Position numbers and translations under genes: made by a program. 64,000 nucleotides of DNA from an uncultured delta proteobacterium (GTDB taxonomy: Bacteria > Myxococcota_A > Polyangia > Polyangiales > B10-G4), in assembly GCA_963727445.1 (NCBI GenBank), contig CAVSGI010000012.1, forward strand, positions 224,001 through 288,000. Direction: 5' to 3'. The notes under the pieces are model-generated. The model was not told the DNA's origin and ran no database searches. It was given only the letters and a program-made list of their open reading frames with translations. Shown here in pieces: positions 49,116 to 59,399 of this stretch (within the stretch, counting starts at the first letter, position 1; the number at the start of each line of letters is the position of its first letter).

Positions 49116-50704
49116 TGCCCCACCTGCGCGACATCGTCGGGGCTCCAGGCGTGGCCTGTCTGATGACGTTGTTTGGTTGCTCCGGGTCCGAAGGCGGGCC
49201 CGCGGGCCTGCCCTGTCCGACCGATATCGAAAGCCTGCGGACGGAGGTCTTCGCGGCGCGCTGCGCCACCGCCGGCTGCCACGCCGCGACCAATCCGCAG
49301 CTGGGCCTGGACCTCGAGTCGCCGAATCTGGCCGCGCGGCTGGTCGACGTTCCGTCACAGAGCTGTTCCGGTTGGGTGCTCATCTCACCCGGGAATCCGA
49401 GCCAGTCCCTCCTCTTCCGCAAGACGGCGGACGACGACGTGCCCTGCGGCGAGCAGATGCCACTAGGTGGGTCGCGCCTCGAGAGCGAAACGCTCGGTTG
49501 CATGCTCGGGGTGATCGAGGAGTTGCCTCCCTCTGACGGCGGCGTTGTGGTCCCGGATACCGGCGTCCCGATGGACAGCGGCATGACGACATGCGACGCC
49601 GGGACGGCGTGCGGCAGCGGCTGCGTCGACCTCATGAGCGATGACGCGAACTGCGGCTCCTGCGGCAACGCGTGTGATTCGACCAGAGCGTGCGTGAGCG
49701 GCTCCTGTGAGTGTGTTGCGCCCGCGACCGACTGCGGGGGGCGATGCGTCGATACCCAGACCGAGGCGACGGATTGCGGCGGTTGCGACATGGCCTGCTC
49801 GGTGGGGCAGAGCTGCACTTCGGGGGCGTGCACGTGTCCGACGGGCCAGATGCTCTGCGGCGGCGCTTGCACCGACACGCAAACCAGCGCGAGTGACTGC
49901 GGCGCCTGCGGTCGTGGATGCGCTTCTGGTGAGATCTGTGTCGGAGGGGCGTGCGCGTGCACCTCCGGCCTCACGATGTGCAGCGGAACCTGCGTGGATA
50001 CGAACACGAGCGTGACCAACTGCGGTGGTTGTGGCACGACTTGCGCGTCGGGAGAGGTGTGCGCGGGTGGCGCATGCATCCTGTCGTGCCCGAGCGGCAC
50101 GACCGACTGCAGCGGCTCGTGCGTCGACACCATGACCAGCACCGCTCACTGCGGTGGGTGCGGCACCGCCTGCCCGGCCGGGACGAGCTGCAGCGGAGGC
50201 ACCTGCGTCTGCTCCTCCGGCCTGACCTTGTGCGGCTCCTCCTGCGTGGACACGGCCACCAGCTCCGCCAACTGCGGCTCCTGCGGCGCCCTCTGTCCCA
50301 CCGGGACCACCTGCTCCGGAGGCTCCTGCGTCTGTTCGTCGGGGCTGACCCGTTGCGGCTCTTCGTGCGTCGACACCTCGACGAGCTCCACCAACTGCGG
50401 CGGTTGCGGCACGAGCTGTCCTTCCGGCGCGACCTGCGTCGCGGGCGCCTGCACGTGCGGCTCCGGGACGACGCTGTGCAGCGGGAGCTGTGTCGACACC
50501 GCGACGGATCCGAGCAACTGCGGCGGTTGCGGGATGTCCTGCGGCGCCGGGACCTCTTGCTCCGGCGGGATGTGCAATTGCCCGCCCACGCTCACGAACT
50601 GCTCCGGCACCTGCGTGAGCCTCTCCAGCAGCACGACGAACTGCGGCTCCTGCGGCAATGCGTGTCCCATCGGTCAGGCGTGTCGGATGGGCACCTGCCG
50701 ATGA
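49115..50704 (+). CDS. Paralogous lipoprotein with one CX4CH cytochrome-c-like domain and 9 Cys-rich repeats
   Basis: ATG overlaps the upstream TGA (TGATG); lipobox LFGC; CATAGCH...QMP. Confidence 0.82.
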   Translation: MPHLRDIVGAPGVACLMTLFGCSGSEGGPAGLPCPTDIESLRTEVFAARCATAGCHAATNPQLGLDLESPNLAARLVDVPSQSCSGWVLISPGNPSQSLLFRKTADDDVPCGEQMPLGGSRLESETLGCMLGVIEELPPSDGGVVVPDTGVPMDSGMTTCDAGTACGSGCVDLMSDDANCGSCGNACDSTRACVSGSCECVAPATDCGGRCVDTQTEATDCGGCDMACSVGQSCTSGACTCPTGQMLCGGACTDTQTSASDCGACGRGCASGEICVGGACACTSGLTMCSGTCVDTNTSVTNCGGCGTTCASGEVCAGGACILSCPSGTTDCSGSCVDTMTSTAHCGGCGTACPAGTSCSGGTCVCSSGLTLCGSSCVDTATSSANCGSCGALCPTGTTCSGGSCVCSSGLTRCGSSCVDTSTSSTNCGGCGTSCPSGATCVAGACTCGSGTTLCSGSCVDTATDPSNCGGCGMSCGAGTSCSGGMCNCPPTLTNCSGTCVSLSSSTTNCGSCGNACPIGQACRMGTCR

Positions 50705-50714
50705 CTTTCGACCG

Positions 50715-51800
50715 CTAGCGCTGTGCGCGCGCCATGGCTTCGGCTGCCTCTTCCGGGCGCCCGGCGTCTTCCAGGGCGAGGCTCAGGTTCATCCACCAGT
50801 CGGCGTTTTGGTCGTCCAGCTCGAGGGCGCGCTGATATCGCGCGATGGCCTGGTCGTTCATGCCGGCGAGCTGGGAGTCGTAGGCGAGGCGGGCGTTCCA
50901 GCTCGCGACGGCGTCGCGGTAGTTGGTGCTCGACGGTTCGAGAGCCAGCGCGTGCTCGTAGGCGTCGAGCGCCTCATCGCTCTGTCCGATGCGTTCGAGC
51001 GCGACACCGTAGTTGAACCACCAGGTCGGGATCGAGTCGTCGGCGGCGACGGCGTCGCGATACGCCTCTGCCGCCTGCCTGAAAGACGCCTCGTCCTCCT
51101 GGCCGAGAAGGGTGTAGCCCCAATCGGCGTCGGCCTGGCCGGGGTCGAGCGCGAAGCTCAGGGTCGGCCGGAGGAAGGTGCTCCCGGCGGCGAAGAACGC
51201 GAGTAGCGCGACCACGGCCACCGGTGCGGCGATCCGCTGTTTCGCATGGCCGGTGACGCCCCACCCGAGCACGGCGCCGAGGACCGCGCCCGCTCCGTGG
51301 GCCACGTTGCCCACCGCCCACAGGTCCATCGCGGTGGTGATGACGCAGAAGAAGAACCACGCGACGAAGAGCTGCGTCGTCCGGGTGGGCATGGCGCCCG
51401 CGAAAAGCGGATCGCGGCGGCTCGCGACCCAGAGGAAGCCGAAGAGCCCGTAGCCGATCCCCGAAAGGCCGATACCGCCCGCCGAGAAGGTCCACTCCGC
51501 GAGCGATGCGCCCGCGCCGACCAGCAGGTAGCCGACGCCGGTTCGGGCGCTGCCGAGAACGTTTTCGACCCGCGTGCCGAGCACGAAGAGCCAGTAGAGA
51601 TTGAAGGCCAGATGCAGGGCGTCGACGTGGAGGAGGGCCGAGGTGATCGCGCGCCACGGCTCGCTGGCGAGCTCGGGCCCCATCATCAACGCCTCGAAGC
51701 TCGCGTCGCCGTACCAGCGCATCACCGACAGCACCAGGGCCATCGCCCCGAGGCCGGAGGTCATGGGTGTGGAGAGGAAGCGCCGAAAGTCGCCGGGCAT
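50715..51800 (-). CDS. Rhomboid intramembrane serine protease with C-terminal TPRs
   Basis: WR, H....HLAFN, GLSG, AH.AG; TPR motifs WWFNYGVAL and WWMNLSLAL. Confidence 0.9.
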   Translation of the reverse strand: MPGDFRRFLSTPMTSGLGAMALVLSVMRWYGDASFEALMMGPELASEPWRAITSALLHVDALHLAFNLYWLFVLGTRVENVLGSARTGVGYLLVGAGASLAEWTFSAGGIGLSGIGYGLFGFLWVASRRDPLFAGAMPTRTTQLFVAWFFFCVITTAMDLWAVGNVAHGAGAVLGAVLGWGVTGHAKQRIAAPVAVVALLAFFAAGSTFLRPTLSFALDPGQADADWGYTLLGQEDEASFRQAAEAYRDAVAADDSIPTWWFNYGVALERIGQSDEALDAYEHALALEPSSTNYRDAVASWNARLAYDSQLAGMNDQAIARYQRALELDDQNADWWMNLSLALEDAGRPEEAAEAMARAQR

Positions 51801-51982
51801 CGCGGCGCAAGGTACGCCCGGAAGAGCGGCGAGCTTCCCTCGACGGAGAAATCAGTCCTCACCCGTCCACGCGCGCGTGCAAATGTTGCCTCGTCGTCGG
51901 AAAGGGCACGCTCCGCAGCCTCGGAAGTAGAAATGAATTCGATCGTCCAAGGTGGCCGTGGCCTTGCATGTCCAAAGAGGCG

Positions 51983-52150
51983 ATGAACACCTCGCCCGAG
52001 CTCCCACCCACCGAAATCGATCTCTCTCAGCCGCCGTCCCGCTCTCGTCGCTGGGGGGCCGGGTTCTTCGTCGCGCTCCTCATCGTGGTGGGAGGCATCT
52101 TCTATCTGGGGACCGGCGCGGTCGTCGTCACCACGGTCGCCGGGTACTGA
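51983..52150 (+). CDS. Small single-TM protein upstream of the desaturase
   Basis: RBS aaagagg before ATG; TM GFFVALLIVVGGIFYLG; TGA directly followed by the next ATG. Confidence 0.55.
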   Translation: MNTSPELPPTEIDLSQPPSRSRRWGAGFFVALLIVVGGIFYLGTGAVVVTTVAGY

Positions 52151-52981
52151 ATGTTCGCCGCCTTCGGTCGGGGGCTGATCTTCTTCGGGCTGATGGCGCT
52201 GCTCTTCGTTCCGGCCGAGCGGTTGTGGGCGGCGGTGCGAAGAGAGGAACGGCCCGGCACCGGAACCGACCTCGCACACTTTCTGTTGAACCCGCCGCTG
52301 ATCCAGCTGGGCTCGGCGCTGGCGCTCGCTGCGATGGCCGAGCTCTTCGCCAGGCTCGCGCCCACGCGCTTCGCGGAGGCGCTCGGCGCGCAACCATGGG
52401 CGCTTCAGCTCGTCGAAGTCGTCGTGCTGGGTGAGCTTTTCGGCTACTGGGCACATCGCGCGCTTCACGCCTCGCCCTTGCTGTGGCGCTTTCACGCCGT
52501 CCATCACTCGGCGGAGCGCATGGATTGGCTGGCCGCTCATCGGGAGCACCCGCTCGAGGTCGTCTTCCTGGTCGCGGTCGCGAACCTGCCGGTGATCGCA
52601 CTCGGCTTTCCGGTCGAGACGGTCTGGCTCTTCGTCGTCCTTCAGAAGGTCCACACGGTCTTCGTTCACGCGAACCTCCGCGTGCGTCTCCGCTGGTTCA
52701 GCGCGATCCTAGCCATGCCCCGCTTTCATCATTGGCACCACGCCGCGGACGGCCGCCCGCGCAACTTCGCGAGCCTCTTTCCCTTCCTGGACCGCCTCTT
52801 CGGGACCTACGACGAGCCGGCCGGTCATCCGGCGGAGGTCGGCGTCTCGGAAGCCGTGCCCTCCACCTGGCTCGGCCAACTCGCGCATCCCTTCGTCGGC
52901 GCGCAACCGAGCCAGCGCGAAAAGAGCGCCACGCTCTGTGCAGGTGCCGAGTTGATGATGGGACATCCCACCACCGAATGA
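52151..52981 (+). CDS. Sterol desaturase / fatty acid hydroxylase family protein
   Basis: His boxes YWAHRALH, FHAVHHS, HAN, FHHWHH; DRLFGTY. Confidence 0.93.
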   Translation: MFAAFGRGLIFFGLMALLFVPAERLWAAVRREERPGTGTDLAHFLLNPPLIQLGSALALAAMAELFARLAPTRFAEALGAQPWALQLVEVVVLGELFGYWAHRALHASPLLWRFHAVHHSAERMDWLAAHREHPLEVVFLVAVANLPVIALGFPVETVWLFVVLQKVHTVFVHANLRVRLRWFSAILAMPRFHHWHHAADGRPRNFASLFPFLDRLFGTYDEPAGHPAEVGVSEAVPSTWLGQLAHPFVGAQPSQREKSATLCAGAELMMGHPTTE

Positions 52982-53005
52982 CCAGCGGGGTCTCACGCGA
53001 TCACT

Positions 53006-53266
53006 TTACCATCCACCTCGCCCGCGCACCCAGCGTTGCGCGCTCCGGCGCTCGAGGGCCGGCTTGCATACCTTGGGTCGCCCCCCTTCGTCGGAGAGCT
53101 CGTCGGCGCGCGTGCCAACCGGCCAACCGCGATCATCCAGCTCTCCGCAGATCCACGGGTAGTAGGTCGCCCTCCGTACGGCGAGATCCGGGTGCCCGTC
53201 GCCGTTTTCGAGAGGGGCGCTGAGGAGAGCCATCAGCAACGGCAGAAGCACCGATCCCCCCGACAT
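53006..53266 (-). CDS. Small hypothetical secreted protein
   Basis: Signal-like start 5 nt after the upstream stop. Confidence 0.3.
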   Translation of the reverse strand: MSGGSVLLPLLMALLSAPLENGDGHPDLAVRRATYYPWICGELDDRGWPVGTRADELSDEGGRPKVCKPALERRSAQRWVRGRGGW

Positions 53267-53271
53267 GGCGC

Positions 53272-53622
53272 TCAGTTGATGCAGACGAAGGCGTGGCCGT
53301 CGCCCGGCGTGCTCTTCTCTTCGCAGTTGTAGCCCTCGCGGCAATCACTGTCCGAGCTGCAAGAGAGCAGACAGCGTCCGCCGCTCTCGGTGACGCAGGT
53401 CGAGCCACCGGGACAGTCGTCCTGGCTCGAGCAGCTCACCGTGCAGGTACCGTCCGGATACATGCTGTCCATGAGGCAGCTCGAGCCGCCCGCGCAGTCC
53501 GAAGCGCCCGAGCAGGTGCCGCCGACGACATCGCCGTCCGTGCCCACGCCCCCGCCGCAAGCCGTGGCGAAGAGTGCCAGTGCCAGGAGAAGGAAGAACA
53601 GGAGTGTGCGTGTTTCCGCCAT
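53272..53622 (-). CDS. Small Cys-rich lipoprotein
   Basis: Lipobox ATAC; C....DC.GGS.C repeats. Confidence 0.75.
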   Translation of the reverse strand: MAETRTLLFFLLLALALFATACGGGVGTDGDVVGGTCSGASDCAGGSSCLMDSMYPDGTCTVSCSSQDDCPGGSTCVTESGGRCLLSCSSDSDCREGYNCEEKSTPGDGHAFVCIN

Positions 53623-53664
53623 CCGGCGAGAGTGCCAGAGCCGGCGCTGGCCGACCAGCGCCGG

Positions 53665-56217
53665 TCAGGGCGTGGCGGTGACCACGACTTCGCTATCCGA
53701 GCGCACGGAGAGCCAGAGCTGGTCGCCCTCCGCCCGCCAGCACACGCCATCGCAGCCCGCGCTCACCGTGGCCACGTCGGCGGCAGCGACGACGGGGGTG
53801 GCGCCGGCCGTCACCGAGCTCACGCCCGTGATCGCCGGCTCCGCGTTGGCGAGCTCGATCTGGAAGCGCACATCGGAGATCCCCGTCGCCGTAGGGGTCA
53901 TGCGCACGCGCAGGCCGTCGGTGGTGCGTTGGACCTCGATCTCGGGACCCTCCTCGGTCGCCACCGTCGCGCGCTCGCCCGGGAAGGACCATGCCCGCAA
54001 GTAGGGGCGCTGCGACGGGCCGACCAGGGGGGGATCGACGTCGACCAGGGTGTCGAGGTCGGCCGGGCCGAGGGGCAGGAGCGCGCCGACGCGGACGAAG
54101 ACCGCCGGCGTCCCGATGGGCGCGTCGACGGTGATGTCGCTCGGGCCCGTGAAGGACTCGCCCGTGTAAAAGTGGGCCCATCGCCCGGGCGGCAGGTGGA
54201 GCGCGCGCGTGGTGGCGCCCGGGGCGGTCACCGGCGCCACCAGGATGTCGCCACCGAGCACGTAGATGTAAGGGTCGTCGTGTCCTGCGGTGTCCTCGGG
54301 CCAGAGCATCGAGGGATGCGCCACCGGCGGATAGCCGCTCTCGGTCGCGCGAAGGGCCTGGACCCGGAAGAAGGGGACGAGGTCCATGTGGCTGCGCGCG
54401 AGCGCCGCGTAGATGTCGCCGGCCTCGGCGTCGTAGAGCCAGGGGTTGTGATGGTCGCCGGCGCCGCCGAGCTGGAGGATGGGAGAGAACGCCGTGTGCT
54501 CCGCCCAGCGGAGGAGCACCTCGCGGTCGGGCATACCGCCGCGATAGCCGCCGGTGTCCGAGCCGAAGTTCGGGAACCCGCTCGCGGCGAGGCTGATGAG
54601 CCCGCTGATCGCGGCCGGCAGCCCGCCCACTTCGTCGGTTCCCGCCTCGCGGAAGTCGTTGTCGAGATCGCCGGGCCAGATGATGTCGGCCACGGACTGC
54701 CCGCCCCACGACGAAGCGCGCACCAACAAGAAGCCGCCGTCCGCGCCGCCGCCCTCGTCTAGCGCCGCTCGGTAGGGTACGTGATAGAGCGTGTTGAAGA
54801 CGTTGTGCAGCTCGCGCTCGCTTCGTCCGTCGGAGAACTGGAAGTCGGCGCGCTGCCCGAAGATGTCCGTGAGGATGTCCTCCCCGTAGTCGAGCTTGAA
54901 GGCGCGCACGCCCATGTCCACCACCAGACTGGCGCGGCCCTGCCAGAACGTGGTGGCGTCGGCGTTCGTGAAGTCGATCAAGCCGCCCGGAGCACCGGGC
55001 GCGGCGGGGGAGACCTACACGTCCGAGGCGGTTCCCTGCCGGACGAACCAGTCCTGGTCACGGGCCATGACGAAGAGTTGCTCGGCTTCGTTCGCCGGCG
55101 TGGCGCCGTCGTCCACCGCGTCGAGGTAGGGCGTGCTCCACACCAGGGGCACGAAGCCGTCGGCGCGCATCTGATCGAGCATCGCCTGCGGCTCGGGGAA
55201 GCGCGCCTCGTCGAAGACGAAGTCGTTGTAGGAGACCTGCCAGGGGTTGTCGATCCACATGCTCGTGCAGGGGATGTGGAGCTCGCGGATGCGTCGCGCG
55301 TCCTCTTCGAGGACGGATCGATCCGCCCATTCGTTGCGCCAGTGCATGGGCGCGAATGCCCACCGGGGCGGCAGGATCGGCAGGCCCGTCTGGCGCGTGT
55401 AGGCCGCGATCACGCCGAGCGGGTCATCGTCGAGATAGAAGTAGATGTCGAGCACGCGCCCTTCGAAGGTGGCGCGGACCTCGCTCGGATCGGTTGCGCC
55501 CACGTCGAAGGCGCCCGCCTCGCGGATGGCGACGAATACGCCATAGCCGTTCGAGGAGGCGAAGAAGGGAATGGGCACGTGGTGCTCGTTGAAGCCGCTC
55601 GCGCGTCCGCCGATGGCGAGCTGCATGGGAACGACCCAACCGCGCGCGTCAGAGTCGGAGAAGCGCTCCCCGAGCCCCTGGTAGGTGCCGGTCTCGTCCG
55701 CGCCGAGGACGAATCGCAGGAGCGCCGCGTCATCCACCGAATCGTCGACGACGACCTGGAGCCGGTAGGTCCCTTCGGTGTCGTTCGAGACGGTGAGGGT
55801 CGCCATGCGCCCGTCGGCGTCGCCCAGCCGGAGCGACGATCCGTCGGATTCGAGGCCGTACTCGAGCGCTGACCAGCTCATGCCGGCGGAGAGGTCGACC
55901 GCCGGTTGATGAAAGGTCGAATCGCCACCGGCCGCCACGCCGATGCGGAGCGCTTCTGCCGCCGACGCGACTGCCGTCGAGCCGTCCGCCCGCTCGAGAC
56001 GCACGCTCAGCGGATCGGTGTTCACGATCAGACGCCCGCGCGCATCGCTGACCTCGATCGACTGCGGCGTGGGCGCCCGCGTGTCAGGCATCGCGTCGGG
56101 GGTGCCATCGGGGGTCGCGTCCATCGCGGCGTCCGTGGTGCCATCATCGCCGCAAGCCCACATCGACGTCGTCGCTGCAACAGCGACGAGGTAGCGTGCA
56201 ATCGTTCGCGCGTTCAC
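53665..56217 (-). pseudogene. Glycoside hydrolase family 31 lipoprotein, interrupted by a single in-frame TAG at 55015-55017
   Basis: PRWAF, WIDNPW, IDFTN, FKLDYGE (nucleophile), WPGD, SDTGGY; the two ORF halves are in the same frame. Confidence 0.75.
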
Positions 56218-56252
56218 CGGCCAACTCTACGCCAGATCCGGCGCGCGGGCTC

Positions 56253-57980
56253 TCACTCCGTTTCGAGGACGGGCAGCGGAAGGAATGACGCGTCGATGAC
56301 CCGTTCGACGCGATCGATGGTGACCCGGGTCGTGAGCGACGAGAAGTCGTAGCTCGTGGGCTGGAGATTGACGCCGATGGGAGCATCGGTGATCTCGCCG
56401 TCGACCAGCGTCACGCTGGCGGCGGGGCCCGGCGGTGGATCACCCACTTGTACGCCCGCGAGCGCGGATCGGAGGATCTGGAAGCGCGTCAGCTCGAGCT
56501 CGCTCACGCCGAAGCTGGAGACGCCGATGCCGAAAGCGTTGCCGCAATCGACGGTGCAATCGGAGAGGAGGGTGTCGGCGATCACCAGATCCGCGACGTG
56601 GGCCGTGGAGCCGCCGTCGACGGTGATCCCGACCTCTCTCGCGCGCTCGATGCGGACGTGGTCTCCCTCGATGGTCGCGCCCGCGGTCGCCACCATGCCG
56701 AGCCCGAAGGAGCCGTCGAGCTCGCGCCCGCGAACCTCCCGCACCAGTACGTGGGAGACGTCGATCATCGTCGGGCTGAGCGCCATGATGCCGGTGTCGC
56801 GGTTGTCGTCGATGAGCAGGCGGCTCCCCCGAAACGTCGCCCCCGAGGCGGCGATGCCGCGTCCGGTCAGGCCCATCGCGTCCGATTGGGTATCGCGCAC
56901 CACGACCTGGTCGAGCGCGACGACCGCGTCGTTCAAGACCCCGATGCCCGTGTCCCGCGCGTTCAGAACCACGACCTCGGTGCCGCTGATGCTCGCGCCG
57001 CCCTGCGCCACGATGCCGCGCCCGAACCATCCGTCGGACTCGCGCCCCAGTGTGTCGCGGACCACGACGTCTTCGAGCTCGACGCGCGTTCCGTTGTCGA
57101 GGGCGCTGATCCCGGTGTCGTGGTTGCCGCGGAACACGGCGTGCGCCAGGGTGACGTATCCGGCTTCGGTCACGTCCAGCCCACGTCCGACCCAACCATC
57201 AGAGGGACGGGAGCCCGTGTCGGCCACGACCAGATTGAAGGCGGAGAGCTCGGCCTCACGGGTCACGAAGACACCCACCGACTCCGTTCCCGTCACGGAG
57301 ACACCCGCGAGCTCGCTGGATACCCCAACGCCGGCGGCGATGATCCCCGGCCGGGGGCTCGGGCCGAGCTGAACGTTACCGATGCCGGCCGTCCCCGAGA
57401 CGAAGTTCACGATGCCCGTTCCCTCGCGTGGCTCGCTGCTGATGATGGAGGTCTGCTCGGGACAAGCACCCCAGACGTAGACGCCGTCCGGGATCCGCAA
57501 CACCTCGTCGTAGGTGCCCGCGCTCACGAGGATCAGGGTGTCGCCGCGCGCGTCGGCGATCGCCTGGTCGATGGTGCCGAAGGGCGCGGTGGGCGTGCCG
57601 ACGCCGCCGGTGGCGCCGGCCTGCACGTAGACGTGACGGGCGATCGCCAACCACTCGGGCGGCCCCTCCTCCTCCTGCCAGGTCGTGGTCGGACACGCGA
57701 CGCCGGGCGAAACGCATTCCACGTCGCCGGCGAAGTGACCCATCACGCCCGTGCAGGCGGGGGGACGCGGATCGGCGAAGGGCTCGCAAGTCGCGGGCTC
57801 GCCGTCGACGAGGTGCCAGCCCGCGGGACACGGCGTGAAGAGGGGTGGCTCCGGGGCCATGACCCCTGCATCTCCCCCGTCTCCGGTCGTGCCGGAGTCC
57901 GCGGGCTCGCGCTCGCGTCCGCCGCAGCCCCACTGGGCTGCGAGCAAGAGCGTGAAACCGAGAGCGGAGCGCCTCCCCAT
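56253..57980 (-). CDS. Lipoprotein with parallel beta-helix repeats (DUF1565/pectin-lyase-like fold)
   Basis: Lipobox QWGC; GT..APFGTI..AI, GTYDE; repeated VV.DT.....G..GRG[IL]. Confidence 0.75.
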   Translation of the reverse strand: MGRRSALGFTLLLAAQWGCGGREREPADSGTTGDGGDAGVMAPEPPLFTPCPAGWHLVDGEPATCEPFADPRPPACTGVMGHFAGDVECVSPGVACPTTTWQEEEGPPEWLAIARHVYVQAGATGGVGTPTAPFGTIDQAIADARGDTLILVSAGTYDEVLRIPDGVYVWGACPEQTSIISSEPREGTGIVNFVSGTAGIGNVQLGPSPRPGIIAAGVGVSSELAGVSVTGTESVGVFVTREAELSAFNLVVADTGSRPSDGWVGRGLDVTEAGYVTLAHAVFRGNHDTGISALDNGTRVELEDVVVRDTLGRESDGWFGRGIVAQGGASISGTEVVVLNARDTGIGVLNDAVVALDQVVVRDTQSDAMGLTGRGIAASGATFRGSRLLIDDNRDTGIMALSPTMIDVSHVLVREVRGRELDGSFGLGMVATAGATIEGDHVRIERAREVGITVDGGSTAHVADLVIADTLLSDCTVDCGNAFGIGVSSFGVSELELTRFQILRSALAGVQVGDPPPGPAASVTLVDGEITDAPIGVNLQPTSYDFSSLTTRVTIDRVERVIDASFLPLPVLETE

Positions 57981-58049
57981 CGCAGGGTAGTAGCAGATGG
58001 GCGCGCTCCGGCACCCCCACCTCCGCCGTTCACTCGTATGTCGGTTGCG

Positions 58050-59399
58050 TCAGCGAAGCTGAGGCAGGTCGCCGTCGAAGCCCGGAGCACCGAAGCCGGT
58101 CAGTGGCTCGAGCGACGGATCGGAGACGGCGTTGACCAGCTCGGTGAGCAGGCGGTTGTGGGGGACGTCGAAGTCCTCGAAGTAGTTTTCGGGCTCGTGC
58201 TGTCGCTTCCAGTCGGGGGCGCGGGTGAAGGTGCCCCGGCGGTCGGCGAGGAAGTCGATGTAGCGTCCGGTCGAGAGCGCACCGCCCGCCTGGCCGGCGA
58301 TGATGACGCCCATGTCGGCGAGGTGATGCAGGTGCGTGTTGAGCGCGAGCTCGCTGATGCAGAGCACGGCCGTGTGGTGCAACAGCGGCTGCCCATCCTC
58401 GGCTTCGGTGTCCCGCAAGAGCGAGAGCAAGTGAGCGAGCTCCTCGGCAAAGGCCTCGTCGTAGGCGCGGTTGGCGCCGTCGTGCGAGGCCTGGTGGTGG
58501 CTCGACAGGCCGCCCCAGTCGTAGCTCGAGCCGTAGAGCGCGGTGTGGGCGTACCACTGCAGGGTGCCCACTCGGGTGATGTCGCAGGCCATCGCCCGAA
58601 CGAGGATCTCCGCGTGGAGCCGCCCCACCGCGCGCTCGTCCGAGGTCGGGCCCATGGTGGGAATGGTGCATGCGGCCGTGGTCGGCGGCATCACGTCGAG
58701 GCGCCGCTCGATGTCCCGGACCTGATCCAGGTGGGCGTCGAGGCGCACGCGGTCTTCTGCGCCGAGCTGGCAGCGGAAGCGTTCGTAGGATCCGCGGACC
58801 GCGCCGAGGATCGTTCGCCGCCGAAGCGCTTCGCTGCTCGGGCCGGCGGAGGCGGGGGCGTCGGGCGCGGCCACCCCGCCGAAGAGCCGGTCGAAGGCCA
58901 CCCGCGGGTCGTTTTCGGGATGCACCGGGTTTCCGTCGGCGTCGAAGGACATGGTGCGGATGCTGGAGATGCCGTGGAGGCTGCTGGCGCGGCGGGTGAG
59001 CCCGATACGCGAGGCCACGACCTGATCGATCGACGCGTTGCTGGCGCTGAGGACATCATCCGCCGCGATGTCGCAGACGTTGCCCGTGAGCATGTGACCC
59101 CAGCCGCTCGGATGGTCGGCCGCGTTCTGGGCGCCGGCCGACACCATGGAGAGGCCGCGGGTCACGATCAGATCCGAAGCGTGGGGCGCGAGCGCCGCGA
59201 GTGACGTCCCTTCGAGCGCGAGGCTGGTGGGGAAGCCGTCGAGCTGAAAGCCGCAGGGCGTGAACCAGACGATGAGCCGCTTGGGCACCACCGGATCGGA
59301 GCCCTCGGCGGTGGCCGAGCGGAGGAATGGCAGCGCGAGGGCGGCCCCCGCAGCGCTGCGCAGGAATGCACGGCGGGTTTTCGACGAATCACGGCTCAC
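58050..59399 (-). CDS. DUF1552-family Tat-secreted protein
   Basis: Twin-Arg TRRAFLR...LALPFL; SIDQ, DP..AF.RLF, ED..RLDAHL..VRDIE, ACDITRV. Confidence 0.88.
   Translation of the reverse strand: MSRDSSKTRRAFLRSAAGAALALPFLRSATAEGSDPVVPKRLIVWFTPCGFQLDGFPTSLALEGTSLAALAPHASDLIVTRGLSMVSAGAQNAADHPSGWGHMLTGNVCDIAADDVLSASNASIDQVVASRIGLTRRASSLHGISSIRTMSFDADGNPVHPENDPRVAFDRLFGGVAAPDAPASAGPSSEALRRRTILGAVRGSYERFRCQLGAEDRVRLDAHLDQVRDIERRLDVMPPTTAACTIPTMGPTSDERAVGRLHAEILVRAMACDITRVGTLQWYAHTALYGSSYDWGGLSSHHQASHDGANRAYDEAFAEELAHLLSLLRDTEAEDGQPLLHHTAVLCISELALNTHLHHLADMGVIIAGQAGGALSTGRYIDFLADRRGTFTRAPDWKRQHEPENYFEDFDVPHNRLLTELVNAVSDPSLEPLTGFGAPGFDGDLPQLR

Noticed and set aside
47780..50700. Cys-rich repeats as multiheme or Fe-S motifs
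   Set aside because: The CGxC units lack the following His of CxxCH, and the proteins are exported, so disulfides are more plausible
52148..52150. Selenocysteine TGA readthrough into the desaturase
   Set aside because: No redox-motif context or evident SECIS hairpin, and an ATG follows directly
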